From Alphaproteobacteria bacterium (GTDB lineage: Bacteria > Pseudomonadota > Alphaproteobacteria > SP197): a stretch of 64,000 nt of DNA. Position numbers and translations under genes: made by a program. A model generated the notes under the pieces. The model saw only the letters and a list, made by a program, of their open reading frames with translations. It had not been told where the DNA came from and did not search any database. The stretch is taken from the NCBI GenBank assembly GCA_964291265.2, contig OZ219747.1, positions 1,056,001-1,120,000 of the forward strand, in the 5' to 3' direction. Shown here in pieces: positions 46,918-57,232 of the stretch (its first letter is position 1; the number at the start of each line of letters is the position of its first letter).

Positions 46918-48249
46918 CTATAGAAGACGCCTGACGGTGCGCGACGCGACGACGTGGTGGTTCTTCACGTAGTCCTCATGGTTGCGCTCGATCGACCTGG
47001 GATCGTAGACATAGTTGACGAGAAAGCCTGCCGACTGGCGCAGGCGCTCGGTGGAGCGGTCGCCGAGCCAGTTGATCTGCTCGAGCCGCGCGCCGTTGCG
47101 CAGGTGGAATCGCGCCACGGCATCCAGGGGGTCGCTGCCGCGCTTGGCCTTCAGGAGATAGTACGCGATCATGCGTTCCAGAACGGGCCTGAGTTGACCC
47201 GCAATGGCCGCATCGTCCTGCCATCCTTCGTGGTCGAGGGCCTTGACGAGAGCCTGCTCGTCACCAGTCATGAGTCCGGCAGCGGTTCCCCCGGCCCTCT
47301 CCAACCATCCGCGGAACCCCGGTACGGGCGAGAGCGTCGCATAGGTATCAAGCCCGGGAAACTCGCGCGCCATGTCGAGCACGACCTGCTTGAGCAGGAA
47401 GTTGCCGAAGGAGATTCCCTTCAGTCCGGCGTGGCAGTTGTTGATCGAATAGAAGATCGCCGTGTCCGCATCCGCGGGGTCGATTTCCGTCCGGTCGGGA
47501 CCGATGATCGCGTCGATGTCCGTTGCGAGTCCTTGCGTCAGGGCGATCTCGACGAAGACCAGGGGATCGTCCGGCAAGGCGCCGTGGAAGAACGCGAAGC
47601 ATCTCCGGTCGCGAGCCAGGCGGCGCCTGAGATCGCCCCAGCCACGCATCTCGTGAACCGATTCGTTCTCGATGAGTTTCTCGAGCACGGCCGCGGGTGT
47701 CTGCCAGTCGATGCGGCGAAGTGTCAGAAAACCGCGATTGAACCAGGAAGCGAGGAGGTGGTGAAGGTCGAACTCCACAGCTTTCAGCGTAGGATCCCGG
47801 CGGACATCTTCCAGCAGATTGCTGCGCATGCGCACGAGCGCCTCGGTACCGTCCGGCGCCATGTTGAGACGACGGAAAAGCTCCTGGCGGGGCGGTTCCG
47901 CCGCTGCGACGAGACGCGCGTAGGTCTTGTCGTCACGCTGCAGGACATGGTCACGGGCACGATCGAGCACGGTATCGGGATCGACATGGTAGTTGTCGCG
48001 CAGTACGCGGAAGAAACCTCTCCTGGCACCGCGGTCCATGGCCTCGTAGGCGTCGAGCAGACGGCGCGCGAGCGCCGTGCCCGAGGCTTCGCCCCGTGTC
48101 GACAGCAACTCGCGGCACATGTCGTCCGGATTGCCGCCGATACCCCGTCCTTCCGCACCCACCCGCCGCAACAGCCAGTCGAGCCCGGCATCGGCCACGG
48201 AGTGAAGGAAGCTGTTGAATCCCGGCTTGTCCGGACTGGAGTTGCTCAC
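46918..48249 (-). CDS. Malonyl-CoA decarboxylase
   Basis: RGEASG, RQELFRRLN.AP, SWFNRGFL, FYSINNC, GISFGNFLLKQV, TLSPVPGF and ARFHLRNGA. Confidence 0.93.
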   Translation of the reverse strand: MSNSSPDKPGFNSFLHSVADAGLDWLLRRVGAEGRGIGGNPDDMCRELLSTRGEASGTALARRLLDAYEAMDRGARRGFFRVLRDNYHVDPDTVLDRARDHVLQRDDKTYARLVAAAEPPRQELFRRLNMAPDGTEALVRMRSNLLEDVRRDPTLKAVEFDLHHLLASWFNRGFLTLRRIDWQTPAAVLEKLIENESVHEMRGWGDLRRRLARDRRCFAFFHGALPDDPLVFVEIALTQGLATDIDAIIGPDRTEIDPADADTAIFYSINNCHAGLKGISFGNFLLKQVVLDMAREFPGLDTYATLSPVPGFRGWLERAGGTAAGLMTGDEQALVKALDHEGWQDDAAIAGQLRPVLERMIAYYLLKAKRGSDPLDAVARFHLRNGARLEQINWLGDRSTERLRQSAGFLVNYVYDPRSIERNHEDYVKNHHVVASRTVRRLL

Positions 48250-48589
48250 GGCTGGACACTCCTTCGCTCCCCTCCACCTTGGCACGCAGATCCCCGGGCG
48301 CAAGACCGCACGCTCCGGATTCGCAGCCGCGACAGCGCGAATTTCCGCGCCTTGGCGTCGACGGCTGCCGTGGGCGCCCTTTTGTGATTCACCGGCGAAC
48401 GAAGTCGGATGACTCTGTCGGACAGGGACCGGTCCATTCAACCCGATAGGTCCGGCTCACGTTTCATCATGGCTCCCGAGAGTCGGTTTTCCGCCATCCT
48501 GCTGAAGGCTGCCTCCACTGCCGGCGGCAGCATGCCTGCGTCGAGGGCTGAAGGAATTGTGCGAACGCGAGAGCCTCGGGATTCCCTGT

Positions 48590-48953
48590 TGTGCCGCCAT
48601 TCTTCGAGTGCCGTGCACTGAAGAGTGGCCTGTTCGTCCCGAACACGGAGCCCGAACCTTCTGTCGATCTCGACCCGCGCTCCGGTGACCTTGGCGGCAA
48701 AGCGAGCCTGGCAGCCGGCAGTCGCGGCGTCGTTCCTGACCGCCCGGACCTTGCGACGCGAACCTGACGTTCTCAACTGGACGCCCGCCGCGCCACCCTG
48801 CCAGTTCTCCCGCATGTCCTGTCGTCTCCGCATCGGATCGTCGAACGGTGTTTCCCGGTGCGTGGTGGCGCCCGGGAACAGCAGCACCACCCGGTCCGGC
48901 CCGCCATCGACCCAGGCGCGGCCATAGGCATCCGGCCAGTTCTGTTTCGTCAT
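48590..48953 (-). pseudogene. Degenerate SnoaL/NTF2-like protein
   Basis: 'YGRAWVDG.PDRVV.LF...ETPFDDPM...W' and 'VEIDR.F.LR...C..LEEW.H.RE' with apparent frameshift-derived segments and a run-on C-terminus. Confidence 0.55.
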
Positions 48954-49033
48954 CGATTCATCCCTCCTCCCCGGAGGGCCTGAGCACAAGAGGGAAGGGG
49001 TGGGCCTCCAGGAACCCTCCTCGCTTTTCTGCC

Positions 49034-50344
49034 TCAGCCGGCGCCGCCGAAGGAATTGGGCATGCCGTCGGCGAAGCGGCGAAAGCGGAAGGGCGTCAGG
49101 TCCACGGAGGGGGTCTGGCCTGTCGCGAGTTCGGCCGTCACGCGGCCTGCTCCCGGACCGATGCCGAATCCGTGGCCGCTGAACCCGGTCGAGAGATGGA
49201 ACCCGGGAACGCCGTCCACCGCGGAAATCACGGGAATGGCGTCGGGGGTGACGTCGATCAGGCCGGCCCAGGTTTCCTCGATCCCGACGTCAGAAAGGGC
49301 GGGAAAGGTCCGCAACAGGTTTGAGAAGGTCTCGATGATCACGTTCCTGTAGGGCTTCGGATTCATCACGCGGGTGGCCTCGAAGGGACTCGTGTCGTCG
49401 AGGGACCATCGCCTGCGGGTCATCATGTCACGCAGGCCTTGTCTCGACAGACGGAGTTTCAGGGCATTCTTCTCCTGGCGCCACGCGGGCATGAAGTCGC
49501 TCATCCAGCGAAGGGCATCGGGACCGAGATGGAAGTCGGCCTGGTAGCCGTGAGCCACCGTGTAACCGCCATCTTCCCTGCGTCTCAATGCAAGGTCGTC
49601 GGCCCAGATCGCCCCCTCGAACACGGACGGTGCTGGCGTGGTCCGCATCACGTTGTTCTGGATGCGAAGCTGGGGAAGGGCAATGTCGTGATTGCCACAG
49701 AAAAGCGATGACCAGATGCCTCCGGCGAGCACCACGGTCGAGGTGGCGGTGATGCCATGTTCCGTCACCACGCCGGCCACCCGGCCGCGCTTGAGATCAA
49801 GGCCCCGGACCGCGCATCCGGTGATGATGTGTCCACCGAGGCGTTCCGTCGCCCGCGCCAGTGCGGGAACCGCAAGGCGTGGTTCCGCACGGCCGTCTGT
49901 CGGCGTGTGGAGGGCTGCCCTGAACGGCCCCTTCATGTCGGGAACCAGCGCGTTCAGTTCCGCCTGCGACAGCAGCTTCGAACCCAGTTGGAACTCCCTG
50001 GCATGATCGACAAAAGCCTCGAAGGCAGCGATGTCATCATCATCCCTGGCGGTGTAGAGAACACCGTTCTGGTGAAACCCGACATGATCACCGATGTCGG
50101 CCTCCATTCCCCGCCAGATTCGCAAGGACTCGACAATGAGCGGAAGTTCCTCGGGCGCCCGTCCCTGCTGGCGAACGAAACCCCAGTTGCGACTCGACTG
50201 TTCTCCGGCAATCCGGCCCTTCTCGAAGAGGACGACCGGGATGTTCCGCTTGGCCAGGAAATAGGCCGTCGAAACGCCGATGATTCCTCCACCGATGACC
50301 ACGACCTCAGCCGATTTCGGTATCCGGTCGACTCCATCGGTCAT
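49034..50344 (-). CDS. FAD-dependent oxidoreductase (DadA/D-amino acid oxidase family)
   Basis: VIGGGIIG, EQSSRNWG, WAGLIDVTPD and GFSGHGFGIGP. Confidence 0.92.
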   Translation of the reverse strand: MTDGVDRIPKSAEVVVIGGGIIGVSTAYFLAKRNIPVVLFEKGRIAGEQSSRNWGFVRQQGRAPEELPLIVESLRIWRGMEADIGDHVGFHQNGVLYTARDDDDIAAFEAFVDHAREFQLGSKLLSQAELNALVPDMKGPFRAALHTPTDGRAEPRLAVPALARATERLGGHIITGCAVRGLDLKRGRVAGVVTEHGITATSTVVLAGGIWSSLFCGNHDIALPQLRIQNNVMRTTPAPSVFEGAIWADDLALRRREDGGYTVAHGYQADFHLGPDALRWMSDFMPAWRQEKNALKLRLSRQGLRDMMTRRRWSLDDTSPFEATRVMNPKPYRNVIIETFSNLLRTFPALSDVGIEETWAGLIDVTPDAIPVISAVDGVPGFHLSTGFSGHGFGIGPGAGRVTAELATGQTPSVDLTPFRFRRFADGMPNSFGGAG

Positions 50345-50383
50345 GAAGCGGACATCTTCGGCGTTTCTGCCGCGGCGGCGTCT

Positions 50384-50605
50384 TCAGGCCACGAGCGCGG
50401 GAATCTCCTCATCTTCGGGGAAGCGGCCGAGATCGAGTTTCGAGAACAGGACCTCATCTCCTCTGGTGATCTCGAAGGATCCGGTTCGTCCTCCAAAGAT
50501 CTCGACATCGCCGGCACCTGCACCGATGAGCTGATCCCTCGCACGGAGCGCTCGTGGCTCATAGTTTCAGGAACGGCAGTATTCAATTCTGATCGCTTCA
50601 CTCAT
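50384..50605 (-). CDS. SelT/SelW/SelH (Rdx) family selenoprotein with CxxU motif
   Basis: Hand translation: MSEAIRIEYCRS(TGA at 50569-50567)NYEPRALRARDQLIGAGAGDVEIFGGRTGSFEITRGDEVLFSKLDLGRFPEDEEIPALVA-stop. Rdx signature I.IEYC..[C/U].Y.PRA...G.FEI....LFSK...GRFP; purine-rich RBS upstream. Confidence 0.88.
50525..50566 (-). other. Candidate bacterial SECIS hairpin
   Basis: Immediately 3' of the UGA: AUGAGC...GCUCAU lower stem enclosing CUC-CGUGC-GAG. Folded by eye only. Confidence 0.5.
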
Positions 50606-50663
50606 GGATCTTTCCCGTTCCGACGACGTCATTCTAGATCACTGTCTCCCGATGATCCAGGGG

Positions 50664-53081
50664 TCAGCCGAGAAGGCGCGTGTTGTCGGGATCGAACGGC
50701 GCTTCAGGGGCGATGCGCGCCCGTCGCGGTTCCCCGAGAATCTCGACATGGAGCGAGGAGGACGCAAGGTCGATGCCAGGGTCGAGGTAGGCCAGCGCAA
50801 TCGACTGTCCCACATGGTGACCGAAGCCGCCCGAGGACACCGTACCCACCACCTCGCCGTTCATCAGGACGGGTTCGTTTCCCCAGGCGTCGGCATCATC
50901 GGCGTCGACGAGGAGGGTGCAAAGCCGGTAGCGGAGTCCCTGGTTGTGGGCCTTGAGAAGCGCATCACGGCCGATGAAGCCACCCTTGTCCATGGCGACG
51001 AAGCGCCCCAGCCGCGCTTCGAAGGGGGTCGTGTCTGCGGTGAATTCCGCGCCCCAGCGCCCGTAACCTTTCTCGAGCCGCAGGGAATCGAGGGCCCTTG
51101 CTCCGCAGGCGACGAGATCGAGGTCCGCGCCTGCCGCCGTCAGGGCGCAGTAGAGTGCCTTCAGGTTGTCCCGCCTCACATGGATCTCGTACCCGAGATC
51201 GCCCGTGAAGGAGATGCGCATGACGAAGGCCGGCATGCCGTCGATCTCCATGCGGCGCGCAGTCAGGAAGGGGAATGCGGCGTTCGAGACATCGTCAAGC
51301 GCGACTTTCCCAAGGAGTGTCCGGGCCCTGGGCCCGGCAATGGCAAAGCCGCCATAGTGTCTGGTTTCGCTCCGCAACCAGACATCATAGCGTGGCAGGA
51401 ACTGCGCGAAGTGGCGCATGTGGAAGGCCTCGGCGGCACCGGAGCCGATCAGCCAGAACGCCGCATCCGAGAGACGTGTCACGGTGAAGTCACCGATGAT
51501 CCCGCCGGCGGCATTGAGCATGGGCGCCAGGACCGTGCGTCCGAGTTTTCGGGGAAGCCGACAGGCCAGCAGATGGTCGAGGAAGGCGGCTGCGTCCGGA
51601 CCGTCGATCACGTAGCGGGCGAAGCCGGTGATCTCGATCATGCCGACGGTTCGGCGCAGAGCACGGCACTCGCGCCCGACGGCGGTGAACCAGTTGGGCC
51701 GGCGGAAGGAAGGAACGTCGCGCGCCTCCTCTCCTGGATGGGCAAACCACAGGGGACGCTCGAGACCGAAGGCGGCGCCGAAGACCGCGCCCTTGTCTGC
51801 CATGATGTCATGCACCGGAGATGTCCTCACCGGTCTTCCCGACTCGTGTTCCTCTTCCGGCCAGCCGATGGCGAACCGCTTCGAGTAGGTCTCCGCCGAA
51901 CGCGCCAGGACATAGGTCCGGTCCGCCCAGTTGCCGAAGCGGGTGACGTCGAGCGGCATCACGTCAAGCGGCGGCACGCCTTCGAGAATCCAGTCCGCCA
52001 GCGCCCAGCCCACTCCGGCACTCTGGGAGAATCCGGGAATCATGCCGGCGGCGACGAAGTGGCCCCGCTTGCCGGGGACGGGACCGACGAGGGCCGCGCC
52101 GTCGGGTGACCACATCATCGGCCCATTGACGACCCTCTTCACCCCGGCGGACCCGAGGCAGGGCACGATGGAGATGGCGGCCTCCATGTTAGCGGAGATG
52201 CGATCGAGGTCGTCCGGCAGGAGTTCCATGCCGAAGTCGTCCGGCGTGCCGTCAACGGCCCAGTGGACGCCTTCGCGCTCATAGCACCCAAGCAGCATGC
52301 CGGCGCCTTCCTGGCGCAGGTAGAATTCGCTGTCCTGGTCGCGGGTCAGGGGGAGTTCACCCTCCAGTGCGGCAACCTCGGCGATGTCGTCGGTGACGAC
52401 ATATTGATGTTCCATGGGGACGAGCGGCAGAGTGTAGTCGGCCATGGCCGCCACTTCCCTTGCCCAGAGCCCCGCGGCGTTGACGACCGTTTCGGCGACG
52501 ACCGTGCCCGCGGGCGTGGCAATGTCCCAGTCGCCGTCGCCGCGTCGGATGAAGCCGGTCACGGGCGTGTTCCTGGCGATGGCTCCGCCGGCCTGGCGCA
52601 CGCCCGCGGCGAAGGCTTGGGTCACTCCGGAAGGATCGACGTGGCCGTCCGTCGCTCCCCACATGCCGCCCAGAATCCGGCTGGTGTCGACGAGCGGGTT
52701 GAGCCGACGGATGTCATTCGGGCCGATGATCTCGAACTCCTGGCCGAGATAGCGCGCCCGCGCCCGCTGGATCTTCAGTTCGTCGAGGCGGTCAATGCTG
52801 GTGGCGAGGTAGAGTCCGCCGCAGCGATGCAGGCCGCAGGATTGGCCGGTCTCCTCCTCGAGGCTGTCGTAGAGCCTCAGTGAATAGTCCTGCAGGCGGG
52901 CAAGACTGGTGTTGGTGTGCATGGCGTGGACGTTGGCGGCGGCATGCCATGTCGACCCCGACGTCAGGTCGGCACGCTCGAGCAGCAGCACGTCCGAACA
53001 TCCGGCGCGGATCAGGTGCCATGCAATGGCGCAACCGACAACGCCGCCGCCGACGATCACGACACGGGCCTGGGACTTCAT
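50664..53081 (-). CDS. GcvT-family FAD-dependent oxidoreductase (dimethylglycine/sarcosine dehydrogenase-like)
   Basis: VIVGGGVVG, LTSGSTWHAA, DGHVDP, EHQY, GLERPLWF, RISFTGDLGYE and SLRLEKGY. Confidence 0.93.
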   Translation of the reverse strand: MKSQARVVIVGGGVVGCAIAWHLIRAGCSDVLLLERADLTSGSTWHAAANVHAMHTNTSLARLQDYSLRLYDSLEEETGQSCGLHRCGGLYLATSIDRLDELKIQRARARYLGQEFEIIGPNDIRRLNPLVDTSRILGGMWGATDGHVDPSGVTQAFAAGVRQAGGAIARNTPVTGFIRRGDGDWDIATPAGTVVAETVVNAAGLWAREVAAMADYTLPLVPMEHQYVVTDDIAEVAALEGELPLTRDQDSEFYLRQEGAGMLLGCYEREGVHWAVDGTPDDFGMELLPDDLDRISANMEAAISIVPCLGSAGVKRVVNGPMMWSPDGAALVGPVPGKRGHFVAAGMIPGFSQSAGVGWALADWILEGVPPLDVMPLDVTRFGNWADRTYVLARSAETYSKRFAIGWPEEEHESGRPVRTSPVHDIMADKGAVFGAAFGLERPLWFAHPGEEARDVPSFRRPNWFTAVGRECRALRRTVGMIEITGFARYVIDGPDAAAFLDHLLACRLPRKLGRTVLAPMLNAAGGIIGDFTVTRLSDAAFWLIGSGAAEAFHMRHFAQFLPRYDVWLRSETRHYGGFAIAGPRARTLLGKVALDDVSNAAFPFLTARRMEIDGMPAFVMRISFTGDLGYEIHVRRDNLKALYCALTAAGADLDLVACGARALDSLRLEKGYGRWGAEFTADTTPFEARLGRFVAMDKGGFIGRDALLKAHNQGLRYRLCTLLVDADDADAWGNEPVLMNGEVVGTVSSGGFGHHVGQSIALAYLDPGIDLASSSLHVEILGEPRRARIAPEAPFDPDNTRLLG

Positions 53082-53268
53082 GGAGACACTTCCGCAGAAG
53101 GAGACATTCGGGCCTTCACAAACCGGCTCACGAGGACCGCGTTCCGGCCATGCGCCAACAGGGCGTACAGTACAGAAGATCAGGACCCCGGCAACTCCCG
53201 TACCCTTGGACCGCGGCGGCCGGCCATCCGGCACGGTGCGGGGAACAGGTCAGGGCGAGCGGGGCAGA

Positions 53269-53997
53269 TCATGATCCTGGCGGGACATACGATACAGCGT
53301 CGGCGAGTGCGTCCACCAGGCGGGCGCGACTGGCCCCGTCACGGTCGTGGGGCGAGAAGGGTGGAACGATGGCATCGTACTCCCTCATGGCGAGGCGAAC
53401 CTCGCGGGCTTCCGCCGACGAATAGGATGTCCTCGTTCCGTCGCGCGTGAGCCATTTCAGACGCTCGACGGCGACAGTCTTGCGGGCAATGTTCCGGATG
53501 TCCCAGGAGTCATGGACGCAGATGCCCCATGTCCCGGCACGCCAGTTGGTCCAGACATATGTCTCGAAGTGAATGTCGAAACCCTGCTGGTGGATGGAGC
53601 CGTCATCAGCCATGAAACCCCCGTACGCGATGGCGGCGGCGCCATGGTGAACGAGACCCTCGAGAAAACCGTTGCGAAGCTCCTCCTTGAGCACCGGAGC
53701 GAGCTGTTGGGGGGAACTCTTGCTGAGGCGTGGCGCAATCGACAGGATCCAGGTGACGATGTCCGCTGCGAAGTACCGAGAGACGGTCCTCAGGGAGATC
53801 GTGTCGGCATCGCCGTTGATGTGGGCCCACATCTCCTTGCGGTGGCGACGTTGATAGCTGGCGCCAGGCATGCATCCGGCGGTGATCAGGTCCTCGAGGC
53901 GATCGGTTGTCAGTCCTGTCCTTTCCGCGATCTCCCGGAGCGACACGTAGCGCTCTTCAAGATAGGATTCGAGTTCGTCGGTAGTCCAGTTCGCCAT
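53269..53997 (-). CDS. Hypothetical protein, DUF6058-like
   Basis: 'YLEERYV...LITAGCMPGASY', 'GTWGICV' and 'PPFSPHDRDGASRARLVD' resemble DUF6058 from memory. Divergent from the ArsR gene. Confidence 0.6.
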   Translation of the reverse strand: MANWTTDELESYLEERYVSLREIAERTGLTTDRLEDLITAGCMPGASYQRRHRKEMWAHINGDADTISLRTVSRYFAADIVTWILSIAPRLSKSSPQQLAPVLKEELRNGFLEGLVHHGAAAIAYGGFMADDGSIHQQGFDIHFETYVWTNWRAGTWGICVHDSWDIRNIARKTVAVERLKWLTRDGTRTSYSSAEAREVRLAMREYDAIVPPFSPHDRDGASRARLVDALADAVSYVPPGS

Positions 53998-54013
53998 TTT
54001 TCAATCCGGATGG

Positions 54014-54057
54014 CTTGACATGTATATTTTATTGGATGGTGAAGTATGAATGTCAAG
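54014..54057. promoter_or_regulatory. AT-rich divergent promoter/operator with inverted repeat
   Basis: CTTGACAT (54014-54021) ... ATGTCAAG (54050-54057), so TTGACA occurs on both strands. Confidence 0.5.
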
Positions 54058-54741
54058 GCGACGATGATGACGGTCGGGTCGATGATCGGATCGCCGGCCC
54101 GGGCGGCGATGCTTGTCGCCCTTCTGGACCGGCGGGCGCTGACGGCTACCGAACTGGCGCGCCGGGCATCAGTTTCATCGGCTTCGGCAAGTCAGCACCT
54201 GGCGAAGCTCGTCGCATCGGGACTGCTGGTCGTCGAAAGGCACGGACGGCATCGCTACTATGCCATGGCCTCCGCTGACATCGCCTCGGCCCTCTCGACG
54301 CTCGAGAGCCTCGGCGCTCCTCTCCCCGAACCTCCGGCACCCAGGAAGTCGGCCGCGATTCACCGGGCGCGTCTGTGTTACGACCATGTTGCCGGCGGTC
54401 TCGGCGTCGGCATCACCGACGCCATGCTGAAAAACGGCTGGCTCGAATCGTCAGGCCGTGACTATCGGCTGACAGAATCGGGTGACACCTTCATGCGGCA
54501 CCTCGGCGTCGATGTCGATGGCGCCCGGGCGAGGCGGCGCCTCTTTGCCCGCGTATGTCTCGACTGGAGCGAACGCCGCGCACACCTGTCGGGGGCTCTC
54601 GGCGCCGCCCTCGCCACCCGGCTGTTCGAACTGGACTGGCTGGAGAGTTCCGGGCGCGGGCGCGAGCTCCGCGTGACCGCCGGCGGCGAGACGGAGTTCA
54701 CCCGCCTGTTCGGCATGACGATCGCGAGAGAGGGTGAGTGA
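54046..54741 (+). CDS. ArsR/SmtB family transcriptional regulator (extended type)
   Basis: 'PARAAML..LLD.RALTATELA', 'ASQHLAKL', 'GRHRYY', 'ARLCYDHVAG' and 'CLDWSERR.HL.G'. Confidence 0.9.
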   Translation: MNVKATMMTVGSMIGSPARAAMLVALLDRRALTATELARRASVSSASASQHLAKLVASGLLVVERHGRHRYYAMASADIASALSTLESLGAPLPEPPAPRKSAAIHRARLCYDHVAGGLGVGITDAMLKNGWLESSGRDYRLTESGDTFMRHLGVDVDGARARRRLFARVCLDWSERRAHLSGALGAALATRLFELDWLESSGRGRELRVTAGGETEFTRLFGMTIAREGE

Positions 54742-55029
54742 CCGCTGACGCCCCAAACGACAGGACCATTCTGTTGTCGTGATCGGCGCTGGACAACCGC
54801 GTCAGAGTGGCCGTTCTTGAATCTGGTGGCACCTTCTCGAGGTCGAAACCGGCATATCGACAACGAAATCCGGTCCCGAATGGACCTCCAGATCTGCCTG
54901 CAACGCCCCTCGTCGGACGAAGGAAGAGCCCTGCCCCAAACGGTTGTTCGAAAACGACGGAGCCTGTGCCATGGTACGAGGAGCGTCGCGGCAAACCCCT
55001 CCCACAGGAAACAGGACACGGATTGAACG

Positions 55030-56217
55030 ATGCGCCAGCCTCCTGTGCGCAGGCCGTCCCTGCCTGTCCTGGTGATGATCTCGTCGATCGGCCCCCTGGC
55101 GCTGCAGGTTCTGGTCCCGGCGATGCCCGGCCTGACCAGCGACTTCCACGCGGACTTCTCCATCACGCAGATGTCTCTCTCGGTCTACCTCGTCGGCATG
55201 GTGGCGGGACAGCTCGTCTACGGTTCGCTCTCCGACAGGTTCGGCCGCCGTCCGGTCCTCATGGCGGGACTGGTGGTCTATGTCGGCGGCACTCTCTTCT
55301 GCCTGGTGGCGTGGGACATCGTCGCGCTCATCATCGGCCGGGCGTTCCAGGCGCTCGGTGGCAGCGCCGGGATCGTGCTGGCGCGGGCCATCATCAGGGA
55401 CATCCACGATCGCGAAGGATCGGCGCAGCTGCTCGCCTATGTCACGGCGGGCATGATTCTCGCTCCGATGATCGGCGCCATCGCCGGCGGTTACCTCTAC
55501 GAGTGGTATGGCTGGCAATCGGTCATGCTGCTGGTACTGATCATCGGCGTTATCGTCACGGGTGTCTGCATCGTTGCCCTGAGCGAGACCAACACGAGGC
55601 GGACCTCTCGAACCTCGTTTCCGGACATGGCGAGGGATTGCGCGAGCCTCCTGCGCAAGCGCCAATTCCGGGGCTATGCCCTTCAGGTGGCCTTCACCAC
55701 GGCGTCGTTCTTCACGTTCCTGGGAGGCGCGTCGGCAGTGGCCGTGGTGGTCTACGGCCGCAGTCCGTCGGAGTACGCCCTGTGGTTCGTGTTGGTTTCG
55801 GGCAGCTACATGACCGGCAACTTCATCTCCGGGCGCATCAGCCGTCGAGTCGGCATCGACCGGATGATCACCATCGGGACCGCGTTTTCGTCCACGGCCG
55901 CTCTCGTCATGGTGGTGCTCTTCGTGTCCGGCTGGTTCGGGCTGGTGCACTTCTTCGTGCTGGCCGGCATGATGTCCCTGGGCAACGGTTTCAGCATGCC
56001 CAACGGCTTCGCCGGGATCGTCAGCATCGATCCCGGCCGCGTCGGCACGGCATCAGGGCTCTCCGGGGCCCTGCAGATGGGTCTGGGCGCCATCGCCATG
56101 ACCGTCGTCGGCCACACCCTGGCGGAAGACCCGATGCCGGTGATCGTCATCATGTTCGTCCTTGCGCTGCTGGCCCTGATCGCCCATTGGCATGGCACGA
56201 GAGGGGACGTACCTTGA
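55030..56217 (+). CDS. Bcr/CflA family MFS efflux transporter
   Basis: About 12 TM segments, 'GSLSDRFGRRPVL', 'GRAFQALG' and 'ARAIIRD'. Confidence 0.92.
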   Translation: MRQPPVRRPSLPVLVMISSIGPLALQVLVPAMPGLTSDFHADFSITQMSLSVYLVGMVAGQLVYGSLSDRFGRRPVLMAGLVVYVGGTLFCLVAWDIVALIIGRAFQALGGSAGIVLARAIIRDIHDREGSAQLLAYVTAGMILAPMIGAIAGGYLYEWYGWQSVMLLVLIIGVIVTGVCIVALSETNTRRTSRTSFPDMARDCASLLRKRQFRGYALQVAFTTASFFTFLGGASAVAVVVYGRSPSEYALWFVLVSGSYMTGNFISGRISRRVGIDRMITIGTAFSSTAALVMVVLFVSGWFGLVHFFVLAGMMSLGNGFSMPNGFAGIVSIDPGRVGTASGLSGALQMGLGAIAMTVVGHTLAEDPMPVIVIMFVLALLALIAHWHGTRGDVP

Positions 56218-56245
56218 AGGCGACGACGAACCGGGAGATGCGACC

Positions 56246-57217
56246 TTGAGAGCCTTGCTGTGTCACGCCTGGGGGGGCCCTGAAGACCTCGTCGTGAGCA
56301 ACGTGCCCGAACCCGAGCCCGGTCCCGGTGAAGTCGTCATCCGCGTCGAGGGCTGCGGGATCAACTTCGCCGATACCCTCATCATCCAGGGCACGTACCA
56401 GGTGAGACCCGAACACCCCTTCACGCCGGGCATGGAAGTGGCCGGCACGGTCCTGCAAACCGGGCCCGGGGTGGAGGACTTCAGTCCCGGAGATGCGGTC
56501 ATCGGCATGCCCGGTATCGGTGGCTTCGCCGAGCAGGTGGTATGCGAGGTTTCCCAGGTGATGCGACGCCCCGCGGGCATCGATGCCGTGACGGCCGCCG
56601 CCATTCCCATCGTCTACGGCACGGCGCATATCGGTCTTGCGCACCGGGGCATGCTTCGGCCAGGCGAGAGTCTCCTCGTGCACGGAGCGTCGGGCGGCGT
56701 TGGCCTTGCCGCGGTCGAGGTGGGCAAGGCCATGGGCGCCTTCGTCATCGCCACGGCGAGCAGCGCCGACAAGCTGGAGACGGCCCGCCGTCACGGCGCG
56801 GACCATGTCATCGACTATGGCGCAGGTGAATTCCGCAACGAAGTCAAGGAGATCACGAAAGGCGGTGCAGACGTCATCTTCGATCCCGTGGGGGGTGACG
56901 TCTTCGACCAGTCATTGCGCTGCATTGCCTGGGAGGGACGGTTGCTCACGATTGGATTTGCCTCGGGACGCATTCCCCAGGCGCCTGCCAACATCCTGCT
57001 GGTCAAGAACATCGCCGTCATCGGCGTTCACTGGTCCAATTACCGCGAAAGCCAACCCGAACTCCTCAACCGATCCTTCGACCGGATCTTCACGTGGATA
57101 TCCGACGGGACGCTGCGCCCGCTGGTCTCGAGGACCTGTACTCTCGGTGAGGCGCCGCAGGCGCTCGCCGACCTCGCCGGCCGCCGGGCCCGCGGCAAGA
57201 TCGTGGTCGCTCCCTGA
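56246..57217 (+). CDS. NADPH:quinone oxidoreductase family (MDR) protein
   Basis: GINFADTL, PFTPGMEVAG, HGASGGVG, DPVGG and IGFASG; probable TTG start. Confidence 0.92.
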   Translation: MRALLCHAWGGPEDLVVSNVPEPEPGPGEVVIRVEGCGINFADTLIIQGTYQVRPEHPFTPGMEVAGTVLQTGPGVEDFSPGDAVIGMPGIGGFAEQVVCEVSQVMRRPAGIDAVTAAAIPIVYGTAHIGLAHRGMLRPGESLLVHGASGGVGLAAVEVGKAMGAFVIATASSADKLETARRHGADHVIDYGAGEFRNEVKEITKGGADVIFDPVGGDVFDQSLRCIAWEGRLLTIGFASGRIPQAPANILLVKNIAVIGVHWSNYRESQPELLNRSFDRIFTWISDGTLRPLVSRTCTLGEAPQALADLAGRRARGKIVVAP

Positions 57218-57232
57218 CATGGCGAGGGAAAC

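Noticed and set aside
50341-50601. 86-aa minus-strand ORF from the track
   Set aside because: It is an alternative frame overlapping the much better supported SelW/Rdx selenoprotein frame.
53082-53268. Glycine or other riboswitch upstream of the GcvT-like gene
   Set aside because: Could not find the conserved aptamer motifs by eye.
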